Notes: generated by a model not told the origin, from the letters alone. A stretch of DNA of 63,061 nucleotides, filler included, from Globobulimina sp. (GCA_003354225.1; 21 parts of 21 records of this genome joined end to end with filler, not necessarily neighbours in it), one strand, 5' to 3'. Shown: positions 49,351-60,934, counted from the first letter of the whole stretch. Numbers and translations: made by a program.

Positions 49351-50885
49351 TCCTTCAAATCCAATTTCCACTCATTTATTTGCTTGAATTTGGTGGTGTT
49401 ATTATCACCAAATGTTTACATTTTCATTCTCAATTCATTCATCTGTTGAGGCTGCCTCATGGATTGAACCTGAATCTTCTGGATCCATACATCCAGTGCT
49501 CTACTTGAGCCAGGTGACAATCCATATGCATACCAATTAACTGCCGTTAAATAAATCATGTCACGATGTTCATTCTCGTCATACTTACTTACAGAGTTAA
49601 GCAGTCAAAAGTTAGTGAAAATAGAAAATTTAAATGTTGATTCATTAAATGAACTAAAAGCAAAAACTCTATTCGAAGTAAATAACACAAGCTTAATTTT
49701 TTTTTCAAAAAATTCTAAGAATCAATTTTTTTCCTAGCTCCCTCAACACTAACCATACCTTCGCCATAAGTGAGTGGCGGTTTTATAATTCAACTAATGG
49801 TTGAGATTGCATCGTAATAAAGCCCTAATTTCTGATCATTTAGTTGAGCTGCTGTAGTTGATGACCACCTATAGCCAAATGTATTGAATCAAATCTAAAA
49901 ATTCTTTTTGTCCAATAAAAGATATTATTTATAAAGAAAAATCACACACTCACAAACTCACAAATGTGACTATATGATAGGAATCTCAATGATAGCTAAC
50001 CCCTGTAGAAGGTTGCGTACCCTACGGTCCTACTTTTGTCTTACGAGTCAATAAGGAGGCAATTTTTTTGCTAAGTGCGATTTTCTACAACCGAGTGAAC
50101 TGTTAAGTGGTCCACATATTTTTATGCTATATATTCTGCTCGTCTCGGTGTTTGATATTTTTTTCTTGGGTGAAGCAAACGCGCAATGTCTACAAAAATA
50201 CGGAACACATTTAGCAACAATATCTACTCCTGATGACAATAAATTAGCGCAACATATATGCAATACATTTTGCAATAATATCATTCACGGCTATCTCTGA
50301 TGCATACAATGAACAGACACCATGGTACCAGCCACCTGGCCAAGAATCAATACCGGTTTGATATTTACTTTTATAGTTAGTCTTCCAACTTTGTTGATCA
50401 GTTCAGGACGGCCGTACCATGTTGATCCATGATTGAAACATAATGCTTCTGGTTTTGCACAATGCGTTAAATTCAGTATGGATGAGATATTCATCAGCTA
50501 AAAAGTATTTGGTCTTTGCTTATCTTAAAAGATGAGTCTAGGAAGGAGTGCATCAAATTATTTGGGCAAACTCATCAAAATTTATTAAATTTAGAAACAC
50601 AAATTCAACATAAAAATAAAAATAGAAGGATACCATATAATGCGTGTTGTGTCAGTTATTTACAATCAAGTGCTTGTTTATAACATTAAACTATTATTCG
50701 TTATGTATATTTTTGTTTTCTTTTTTCCGTACATAGTGGTATTGTTTTTTGGTTTTGGTATTGTTGTTTTACTTTTTGAGTGTTACATTTCATCCTTGCA
50801 CAAGGAATTACTGAATGTATCCTTGCACACTATAATTATCTAAGAAATAATACTTATTTAGTAAATAATATTTACACAAAATAAA

Positions 50886-51038
50886 TTAAATTAATTTACA
50901 ATTCAAGTTTCCTGTCATGGCATGCAGCCATTGTTTATCCACAACTGGTAATATTAGAGCAGATGGATATTGTCCACCAAAATAAACCGTATTATTTGCA
51001 ACTTTATAATCTTTATCGCCATCCACCACAAAATTTCC
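50886..51038 (-). CDS. C-terminus of a CocE/NonD-family hydrolase
   Basis: Hand translation VANNTVYFGGQYPSALILPVV matches the family C-terminal motif. Confidence 0.6.
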   Translation of the reverse strand, partial: GNFVVDGDKDYKVANNTVYFGGQYPSALILPVVDKQWLHAMTGNLNCKLI

Positions 51039-51139
51039 ANNNNNNNNNNNNNNNNNNNNNNNNNNNNNNNNNNNNNNNNNNNNTTAATTAATTAANNNNN
51101 NNNNNNNNNNNNNNNNNNNNNNNNNNNNNNNNNNNNNNN

Positions 51140-54045
51140 CGTATTCTCTGCAATATTAATATTTGCGTATTCATGTTCGAAAAATTCATGTTTTACTTCT
51201 TCTTGCTTTGATTTGTGTTTTTGATTAAAATCTAAACCGGCGAATATCTTCCAATATAAAGATAAATCGGTAATTTTTATGTGTGTGATTGGCAATGGAT
51301 AATGTTGTGGCAGATTGGGATCGGTGGTTAAACCGTCAAATTTCTCTCGCAATTTCTTATCTAAATAGTTTACATCGACATATTTGTCCTTATACCACAC
51401 ACTCGATTGCTCATTCTCTTTATTCACTTTTTCTTCACATTTCTCTCTTTCTTCCTGTAAATCCACATATTCTCGGTTTGGAGACTTGGCCACGGATTCT
51501 TGGCTTTGAGTGCGTGCGTAATCTGTTTAGCATTATATAAGTTATTATAAAATGAATGATCTGAAAACACATTCGATCAATATTTAGAACCTGTAATAAA
51601 TTCGATACATTCATGGCCATCATCGTCGTCCTCATCATCTATGCCAATATTATCATCATCCACATTGACAAACATGTGTTGGTCAATATTGCCCAGAATA
51701 TTAAACCGCTTTATCTTCGATGTATCAATGACAGTGAGCGGACTATCAATAATCGGTGCATTGGCTTGACTGAGTTGGGTCGGACTGAGCTGTGGCTCTG
51801 TTATTAGTAATTCCACCTCTTCGATGGTGGGCTGCGTAATGATCTGATCAATAAAATATTTAATAATGGACAACAATGACGCCGTGGAATCTTTACACGT
51901 TTTGATTTTAATGCAACCGCCGGTAATTGAGATGTCATTCTTTGTCATTTGCTTGTTTTGTGAGATAAAGGCTTCCATCCAATCAAAATCTAAGATGCCG
52001 ACAAAGCCAATGCTATCTAAATGATCCGCTAATAAATTACCAGGCAATCTGTGCAAATATGGCGCTCGCAGCTCGTACGAATACTCATTATCCGGATGTG
52101 CCAATAATTGAAGCAAAGATTTACTAAAAGTTTTCAATGAATCCGGATGTAAATACACGGCACCATCACAGCACTCGATACTGACACTTACCATTGGCGA
52201 CAGGGCCACAATATTGGTCGAAATGCGTATTTTCTCAGAGGTAATTACCAATCTTTCATCCACTGCGACTGGATTGTATGATATGCAACAATCATAAGCA
52301 TTGACGTATACATTTGTGATATTTTGTAATGCTTTTTTATTGTTGTTATTTATAATATCACCGATATCAATATCGACAGAAAAGAACTCGGATAATTTAG
52401 TGCTCCATTCAGAATTTAACCGAAATTCATGCGATAATGCACGTAGATTCACCAAGGTAAAGATCTGTAAAAAAGTGTTATTATTATTATTATGATTATA
52501 TTCCACCTCTTCCTCATCATTGCCACTCATTTTATTCACTCGTAATGACAAAAATAAATGCAATACATCGGACTCGTCTTCTTTATCACTGTCGAATACT
52601 GCGTTTGTACCAAATGTTTGAGTCTCCAACGTTTTGAATAACAATGGACTGGCTTTCCCACAAATATCTGCCATGTTGTTGTTGTTATTGTTGTTGTTGT
52701 TATGCAGAGACAAGTATTGCTGTGATACATTGTCGGTAAATGGTTGCAACACTTCGTCAAACTCTAACAGACATAAATCATTTGTCCGCAGTATGACATA
52801 GGATACTTTAGATTGGCAGTTATGTTTTTGTGTTTTAACAATGTGTGTGACTTGCAAGGATTTGAAATCTAATCGAAATGTCTGTGCCTGTAAGGAGGAG
52901 ACGGTGTGATCCATAATTTCGATCTCTTGGATATTTTTATCATAATCTTCATTTATATCGATCCTGCCTTGCAGAATAATTATTTTTACCGAAGATATAA
53001 AGGGTGATATTTTATCCTCCGCAGTTAGCAGCGACATACTATTGCTTTGCGAGATGATTTCGTCTTCTTTTTGCATGATTTTAGCTGCAAACGAGGGCAT
53101 ATCTGCAAGATTCATAGAGGATGCCCTATGTGGCGCATATAAAGGCGCATAGCTCCGTGCTTCAATTTGTTGTAAACTGTCAATCGCTTTCATATAGAAT
53201 TCAATTAATAAGTCATATTGCTATATATTGTTTTTATGGATGTTAAATTTAGAAATATGTTTGCGAAAAATGTAACTCATCTCATCTGAACTGAACTGAT
53301 TTTGAGCAGGCCACAGTTGCTTTGGGTAATATAATATGAATATGCATTGGTGATAAACGTTGCGCAGACAATTCGAACTTGTGCGTAGTGGCTTTTTTAT
53401 CACCAATTGGAAACTTAATCTGTTTCGATTTTGTATTATCCGTTTGTTCCCACCATCGAAAGTGTGGTTGTTCCAAATGTGAAATATCCACAGTATCATC
53501 ATCGTCCTCCTTCTCCTCCTCTTCATAATGTTTATTATTATTTATCTGTATTTTTAATGAATTATTATCATATGATTTCAATAACAAATGTTTCTTATTC
53601 TCATACGCTAACAATACATTTAAATTTTTGCAATCTAAATGCCAGACATCACATCCTTTGGCTTCCCGTTTGGTTGTCACACTCGTCTCGTTGGTAGCAA
53701 TTAATTCATCAAATTCAAACAAAATGTTTTCTTTACGGGGCATATTATGGTCATCATTCACCGAAAAACGTATACAAATGCTCCATGTCTTGATCTTTAT
53801 GGTCTGTGTCATAGTATGCTCTGTTTTTTCCTCTCCGTCATTATCAGTGTCAGTATGTGTGGATCGTGCAATGAATGTGAATGCTTTGGAGATTTGATTT
53901 AAGCGGGCAAATAACTCAAAATCCAAATCGATTTTATTGGGTTGGATCTCTATGTTAATATCACTCCGTTTGTTGGAAACATTGCGTATAGAAATAATGA
54001 TTTGCGGCTTCCAATTTTCCAAATCATTGTTATTTTTATTTTTAT
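51140..54045 (-). CDS. ATG2: Autophagy-related lipid transfer protein ATG2, internal fragment; introns 53221-53296 and 51523-51590
   Basis: GFVGI...IKTCKDSTASL (TCADS motif) and YPLP....ITDLSLYWKIFAGLDF; introns join three ORFs in frame. Confidence 0.82.
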
Positions 54046-54145
54046 NNNNNNNNNNNNNNNNNNNNNNNNNNNNNNNNNNNNNNNNNNNNTTAATTAATTA
54101 ANNNNNNNNNNNNNNNNNNNNNNNNNNNNNNNNNNNNNNNNNNNN

Positions 54146-54384
54146 CGTAGCTCTGACGAATATGACTTATTTTTCGAAGCATATTCTTGTTTCATTGCAT
54201 ATAATGGCGTATAAACATCGACGCCCAATGATTTGGAGAACTCTTTGTGTTGAATATATTCATTCTTTATATCTGCAAATATAGCATTTAGACCGTTTAT
54301 TTTTGTTGATTCTGATGATTGTGGGATTAAATTCAATAAATTGTCACAAATAAAGGATGGTTCTGTGCGTATAAATCCGATCAC
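54146..54384 (-). CDS. F-BAR-like protein, upstream part (continues at 57051 through the terminal overlap)
   Basis: EYIQHKEFSKSLGVDVYTPL helix; reads SSELR into MISKTKK across the 39-bp terminal repeat. Confidence 0.6.
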
Positions 54385-54499
54385 CGAAAAGACATCGTTA
54401 AGATAAATGAAAAATTATTGCAGTCACTTACAAAAAACTCAAAGTTTTATTTATATTTTTCACAAACTTGCTAACCGATTACAATTAACTACAACAAAT

Positions 54500-56196
54500 A
54501 TGTCATTGAATGGTAATATATCAATAGAATTAGAAAATCCCATTGCCTCTCTAGTGTTTAGCATTGGGATTGGCAGCAACACCAAACCGCATAAAGTCAT
54601 GTTTGAGCTCGTATTGCTGACTCCGTTTTTTAATAAAGTATTCAATCCACAACAAACTATTAAATTAACGAACGGAAAATACTATAGACCTGATTATTTA
54701 TTTGAATTAGATGATGAGCATTTATGTCGATTGGAGATTCGGGATCGTGTTGGTTTTACACCGAAAGGACTGGAAACAGATAAAGAATCTAATTATGTCA
54801 TTGCTGAAGGAACTGGCAAGAAAATTGTTACATTATTTATTAGTATCAAAAGTTGTTTAAGAGATGGTACAATGAATAAATTAATGTCGTATGTGGTGCA
54901 AAGTATATTTTATATTTGTCGGCATTATAAAGAATTGAAATATGATCAACGCGGTGTTTTCTGTGAATATATTGGTTATCATAGAACCGATAGTTACGTG
55001 AAGAGAACGTATAATATTCTCCATTTTGTCGGATTACAAAGAAATATTTTGAATATGCCATCATATGAACGAAGGCGATTAACATTGACAAAGACAGAGT
55101 ATTACAATATTTATATTAGAAACTCTGAATTTGTACTTTCAGGTATATTGTAATGTAAATATCAAAGTATTTTTAAACGCAAATAATATAATAAAAAATA
55201 CATATATATTAAGGTAATTTTTACGTGACATCATTATTAAATCCCCCTGTTGGTTATCATGAGGATTTGGGTGATTTAGCAATGGCAGATTGCAGCAGCG
55301 ATGATGACATAAATGATACGCCGACATGTACTCGTAAACAAATTACAAGTGCGCAATGGAGAAAAAAATTAAATGCGAATTATAATCAAAATGCGAATTA
55401 TACTCAAAATGCGAATTATAATCAAAATGCGAATCATAATAAAAAGAAAAGAAAGAGAATGGAAACTGGTTTGGGATTACCGACAGCAAAAAAACAACGT
55501 TTAAATAATAATATTAACAATAATAATAAGGAACAATTAATTAATAAATCCGAATCAGAAAATGATACAAATAGCGAAAATGACATAAACGTGCCACAAA
55601 TTCCTGCCATGGCCACGCATCGTAAACCAGCATCAAATAATAATAAAGCAACAACATCACAAAAAATAATAATAAATCAACAAAAAATTGGTGATGAAAT
55701 AAATGGAGAAATTTCAAAGATTGTGAATGGTGTTGGATTAGAAATAAGTGCCGGTGGTGTTGCGATTGGACATATTCATATTACAAATTGTGTGGAAGAT
55801 ATTGAAATTGTGGACCAAATACCATTGGAGACGATGTTTAATATTAATACGGAGATTGGGAGTAAAATTATAGGTATTTGTTATGAGAAGAAAAAAGAGC
55901 CATTATTTATATTATCCATTAAACATTTATCGCGCGACTTTGCATATTGGGACGAATATTCATCATTAAGTGTAGGCTCATTCGTGACGGGCATAGTACA
56001 TAATATTGATGTGAATGGTGTTATATTTGTATGGTTATTATTTGATGTAAAAGGGCGAATAACTTGTGATATTAATGAGAGTCAACGGAGGGATATTTGC
56101 ATCGGAAGTGTTATGCGGAATTTACAAATTGTAATTTACAAATTGTATAAGATAATCGAATTATGTGTTTGTTTAAATTGCAGAGAAAAAGAATAA
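54500..56196 (+). CDS. Hypothetical protein with two S1-like domains and a NANYNQ repeat; intron 55143-55213 joins two ORFs
   Basis: IGDEINGEISKI...GHIHIT and LSVGSFVTGIVHNI...FV...VKGRI; 18-bp repeat four times near 55372-55440. Confidence 0.55.
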
Positions 56197-56334
56197 GTGC
56201 TCAATTAATTGAAAAACACTTGAAAAAAAGTAAATTGCTGATTTATTATAAAATATTTAATAATTTTTTGTTCGTTGGATAAATTAAATGTGCATTTTAA
56301 TATGCAAACAAAATGAAAAAATATAAGATGTTGA

Positions 56335-57051
56335 TCATATATCATGATTGAAAACCGTTGTTGAAATTGATTGATTTATTTCTGGTTCATAGGGCGTAAG
56401 TTTCCGGTGCAATTTTCTTTTTTTATTTGTAGCTGCAGTATCATTCAAATGTATTTTATATTTGGTAGTTTTGCCATTAATATTACTATTGTGATTCGTG
56501 TCTACTTCTGATAAAAATACAAGCCTTGTCATTGTCGCATCATTTTCCGGATATTTTGCCAATATATTTTCAATGTAGATTTGTATATCATTTTCGACAT
56601 TAATTGCAGTCATGGATTTTGCCAAATATTTATTATCATAGTTCCTGTTCGCTGTTAAATTTGTAATGAAAACCGCCATTTATTTAATGAGTCTTTCAAA
56701 GTTTCTCTTTTAAATTCTTCATTGTTTTGCATATCATTTAAGATTACACTCATTTTATTATTCAACACATTCTGTCCCATATTGAACATTTTTTCGTTTT
56801 CAATGTATTTATCCTTCCATAATTGCTGTGTTTTTATAGTACTGTTCACTTTCTGTGACAATTGCATTACATGTTTTGGTGTCACATAAACATCATTTTG
56901 CACTGTGATCAATTGCGTTGTTGCTACATTTGATTCTCTTAACGATTTATCATATTTCTCTTTGATTTTAATGAACTGATTCTCAGACACTTTTTTGGTT
57001 TTGCTAATCATCCGTAGCTCTGACGAATATGACTTATTTTTCGAAGCATAT
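56335..57051 (-). CDS. F-BAR-like protein, downstream part; 1-nt frameshift near 56677
   Basis: ILNDMQNNEEFKRETLKDSLNKW / AVFITN...INVENDIQIYI fits the F-BAR C-terminal helices. Confidence 0.65.
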
Positions 57052-57170
57052 NNNNNNNNNNNNNNNNNNNNNNNNNNNNNNNNNNNNNNNNNNNNTTAAT
57101 TAATTAANNNNNNNNNNNNNNNNNNNNNNNNNNNNNNNNNNNNNNNNNNNNCTAAGACCGCGAAGAATAT

Positions 57171-59996
57171 TTGAAATATATCCAAAATGATAAGATCATT
57201 GATTTGCAGCATGTTCGTGAATGTATCAGGAATGAAAGCGTACAAAAGATACAATGTATATTGGTATATAGCTCAGAATTGTATAATTACAGCGATTATC
57301 AGTACCGATGTCGTTTGTCGTCAATTAATAAGAAAAGAAAAGCGAAAATCAGACATAACTTTAGTACCAAATTAAAGTATGAAAAGATGGGATTTAATGC
57401 CATATTAAATACATTGCATACGTTGCATAAAAAGGGTGGCAAAGATATCGATCATTTTGACGAATTAACAAAAGCTGTCAATGACGAAGTGGAATGGCTA
57501 CAAAATAAAGTTTGCGGCCATGGCAAAAATAAGGATGATATTAAGAGCAATAATGAGCAGGAAACAGAGGATGCATTCACTTATAATACAGATTTAATGG
57601 ACGAGGAAGAAGAAAAGGAAATAAATTATAACTTAAGTGAGAAAGAAGCGATTTTATTGTCCGACTTTGATCATAGAATCGAAATTTCCATTTGCGAGAT
57701 ATTAAATATTGGTTCCTGTGCTCGATATAATGCCAAGCAACATATTTGTGTATTATTTCGAATGGAATTGATGTTTGGAACTCACATTATAATGAAGAAT
57801 GACATTATAATCCCGAAACAGTTTATAAATGGAAATAAAATCAGCATTCCCTATCCGCAATGTAACTTTTATTCGAATAAAAAAGAATTAAAATACTCCA
57901 TGTTGCCAAGAGAGTGCGTGTTCCAAATCACAATTTATGGACTCAAGAAAGATAAAACTGGCAAAAAAACGACGCAAAACCAGCCCAAATTAATACAGTT
58001 AAGCACAGAAAATAAGGATATCAATCGTCGGTTATCCAGCATGCAAAGCATCACTGCCTCCAATGAGTATAATGAATATTCATCCGATGCCATTGCCTTT
58101 TGTCGGGTGCCTTTGATTAATAATAAGCAGTGTTTGAATCAAGGAAAGAAGGAAATTTATTTATGGCCAATCCCCCAAAAACAAGCGCAATTTGACCCCT
58201 ATTCGACCAGTAATTTCTGTATCAGCAATGCAGAGAGTTTAGTAAATAACGAAAGGTCCAAAGCCAAATCAGTTTCGATTGTGGTGGACTTTTTCTTTCA
58301 GAAATATTCATTTGATGTCGTATCACCAATTGTTAATCCACGGAGAGCCAAGCATTTATTGCGCAAAATCAGACCATATGACGGGAAATCCGACTTTAAT
58401 GGAAAGGAATTATTAAATGACATCATTGACTTTAACGGCAAAACAGAATTGAATGAACGGGATAAAATGTTAATATCCAGCAATAAGTCCAAATTAATGA
58501 CAGATTCATCGTCGATATCGCCATTATACACATATTTACTATCGATTCATTGGACGGATAGTTATGAGCGGATGGAGTGCTACGATTACTTATCTGTGTG
58601 GAATGTGGATGAGATCAATGCAGAAGACTTTATTTGTTTGTTGGCGAATAATAATTTCATTGATAATCATATTCGTTTGTACGCAATTTCGCAATTAAAT
58701 AAATTGGACGATTACACTTTGCATAAATATTTATTTCAATTGGTCGAAGCTTTAAAAATCGAATTGAATCACGAATCATTTTTGTCTCGTTTTTTAATGT
58801 ATCGCGCGTTGCAGAATCCGTATCAAATCGGACATTATTTATTTTGGTTTCTAAAATCGCAGTTATTTGTAAACCCATTCTACTACGAACGATTTGCATT
58901 GTTACTGGAAGAATATTTGCATTATTTGCCGCAACATATTAAATATAATATGTTTAAGCAATACAATTTGATGAATAGTTTGAAGATTATCGCCAGTACA
59001 ATCCGACAGAAAAGGCATGAGATTGAAATTAAGGAAATTCGAAAATTGTTGACAAAACAGTTAATTTTATTAAATTGTCAGGTCTTTGGATATGACGAGA
59101 ATAATAATATTGCGGCAAATAATAATTATATCGAATTCCCGTTAAATCCATTGATAAAATTAAAACGCGTTAAAATATCAAAATGTTGCATACCTTCGAA
59201 TAAACGCATTATATTAACATTTGTAACCTATTCCAACAAAATGATATCTGTTATATTTAAATATGGCGATAATTTGAAATACGAGATATTGGCCACGCAG
59301 TTGTTATCAATTATGGATATGTTGTGGTTGAGAAACAATTTAGATTTGAAAATCAAAACATATTCAGCCATACAAACCGGATCAAAAACCGGTTTTATTC
59401 AAATTATAAACAATTCAAAACAGATTAAAAATGATGCGATTGGAATAAATTCGATCTTTGCCAATAATTCGCAAAGAAACGATAATGAGATTGAAAAACA
59501 ACGTGATTTGTATGCGCGGTCTTGTGCTGGTTATTGTGTTGGAACTTGGATATTGGGAATAAATATCAATAAGATTGACTGTAAAAATATTCATATTTTG
59601 AATAATGGACAATTATTTTACATCAATTTTGCGCATGCTTTGTTTAAAACGAATAATATGAATAAGGCACCGTTTTTATTTACAAATTACATGAAATTTG
59701 CAATCGATCAGCAATCCTCATTATATCAGCAATTTGAGATATGGATGTTTAGTGCGTACTGTGTGTTGAGAGACAGATATAAGTTATTTGAAAATCTATT
59801 GTTATTATCATCTCATTCGCATTCTTACTCTCATTCGCAAGCCCAACACATTAACAATGTCTATAAATATGCTCAGTACGATTTAAAATTTAAATTACGA
59901 TTCGATTTAAAGAACAGCAGAGTTAAAACAAGAGTGCATGTCCAAGATACATTAAATGCATGTCTTACTCATCAAGATAACAATAAAATAATATAA
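57171..59996 (+). CDS. Class I-like phosphoinositide 3-kinase homologue with a degenerate catalytic site; 5' partial
   Basis: C2 (LPRE..ITIYG), helical (FQLVEALK.E...LSRFL..RAL...IGHYLFWFLKS) and kinase (IFKYGD, SCAGYCV.T.ILGI) domains. Confidence 0.88.
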   Translation: MKYIQNDKIIDLQHVRECIRNESVQKIQCILVYSSELYNYSDYQYRCRLSSINKKRKAKIRHNFSTKLKYEKMGFNAILNTLHTLHKKGGKDIDHFDELTKAVNDEVEWLQNKVCGHGKNKDDIKSNNEQETEDAFTYNTDLMDEEEEKEINYNLSEKEAILLSDFDHRIEISICEILNIGSCARYNAKQHICVLFRMELMFGTHIIMKNDIIIPKQFINGNKISIPYPQCNFYSNKKELKYSMLPRECVFQITIYGLKKDKTGKKTTQNQPKLIQLSTENKDINRRLSSMQSITASNEYNEYSSDAIAFCRVPLINNKQCLNQGKKEIYLWPIPQKQAQFDPYSTSNFCISNAESLVNNERSKAKSVSIVVDFFFQKYSFDVVSPIVNPRRAKHLLRKIRPYDGKSDFNGKELLNDIIDFNGKTELNERDKMLISSNKSKLMTDSSSISPLYTYLLSIHWTDSYERMECYDYLSVWNVDEINAEDFICLLANNNFIDNHIRLYAISQLNKLDDYTLHKYLFQLVEALKIELNHESFLSRFLMYRALQNPYQIGHYLFWFLKSQLFVNPFYYERFALLLEEYLHYLPQHIKYNMFKQYNLMNSLKIIASTIRQKRHEIEIKEIRKLLTKQLILLNCQVFGYDENNNIAANNNYIEFPLNPLIKLKRVKISKCCIPSNKRIILTFVTYSNKMISVIFKYGDNLKYEILATQLLSIMDMLWLRNNLDLKIKTYSAIQTGSKTGFIQIINNSKQIKNDAIGINSIFANNSQRNDNEIEKQRDLYARSCAGYCVGTWILGININKIDCKNIHILNNGQLFYINFAHALFKTNNMNKAPFLFTNYMKFAIDQQSSLYQQFEIWMFSAYCVLRDRYKLFENLLLLSSHSHSYSHSQAQHINNVYKYAQYDLKFKLRFDLKNSRVKTRVHVQDTLNACLTHQDNNKII

Positions 59997-60301
59997 TAGT
60001 TTTTTTTCAAAATTTTTCTCATTTTTTTTTTTCTATTTTTTTTTTATATATATTTCNNNNNNNNNNNNNNNNNNNNNNNNNNNNNNNNNNNNNNNNNNNN
60101 TTAATTAATTAANNNNNNNNNNNNNNNNNNNNNNNNNNNNNNNNNNNNNNNNNNNNTACACGTGTATACACGTGCTAAAATTGGATGTGTATACACGTAA
60201 TAAAATACAAAAAATTGTGAAAAACAAATAAAAAGGCAATAATTACAAAAACATTTATAAAAATTATTTCCCAGTATAACTACTTAGGCCATGCTTATTC
60301 C

Positions 60302-60390
60302 TACCTGAATCAGGTTTCGGTCCATTATTGTCTAGACCTGATACAGAACCTGGAGCAGGGGGACCAGTCATCAGTAGACAACCTGCCAGG
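60302..60390 (-). ncRNA. Putative hammerhead ribozyme with non-canonical strand order
   Basis: CUGAUGA, GAAA and GUC core with perfect stem I (UUGUCUA/UAGACAA), stem II (GGUCC/GGACC) and stem III (AUCAGG/CCUGAU). Confidence 0.72.
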
Positions 60391-60848
60391 CTACTTATCT
60401 TATAACAAAAAGTATAAAAAAGAACCAAAACTAGTTAATTTTTGAGCTAGATTCTACTCTTAAAAAACTTGGAAAAGATAAAAGTTACGTTAAAAAAATA
60501 ATGAACCTTTACTTTGTGTTTTTATATAAAATATAAATGCAATCAAATGTAAGCAAAAAAATCAAATTAACCTCAATATCCGTCGTTACCTCATCCTCTT
60601 CATCTCCAGTTTCTCTAGGACGCTTGCTGGAATGTGACATATTTAATTCAAAACCATGCAAGATGCCGTCACCGTCTAATTTGAAAAGAATGAAAAATAA
60701 TTTTAGAAAAAAATTTTTTGCGAGAAAAATGGCGTGGTGCGTGTACAAATGTCTACTTTACGCTATCGATTTATGATATGCGCCACGACGCAATATAGAT
60801 CTGTAGAAACTTTAATTACTTAAACCATTGAGGTTATACACTAATTTT

Positions 60849-60934
60849 ATAAGACCACTGACCGAAGCCAGTAATAAGACCACTGACCGAAGTCAGTAAT
60901 AAGACCACTGACAGAAGTCAGTAATAAGACCACT
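60849..60934 (-). repeat. 25-bp tandem repeat, 3.4 copies, each forming a tetraloop hairpin on the element sense strand
   Basis: Minus-strand cores ACUGAC-UUCU-GUCAGU, ACUGAC-UUCG-GUCAGU, ACUGGC-UUCG-GUCAGU. Confidence 0.9.

Noticed and set aside
21790-56680. Programmed frameshifting (shifts near 21795, 43000 with an AAA-TAA, 46580, 47605, 56677)
   Set aside because: Most need one extra base in a short homopolymer, share no slippery motif and are not tied to stops; sequencing indels or decay are simpler.
2911-60156. Regularly spaced TTAATTAATTAA as a biological repeat, and gene clusters across it
   Set aside because: Artificial concatenation linker inside N runs; adjacent contigs are unrelated.
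60849-60934. CRISPR array
   Set aside because: Units are contiguous with no unique spacers, there are no cas genes and the context is eukaryotic.
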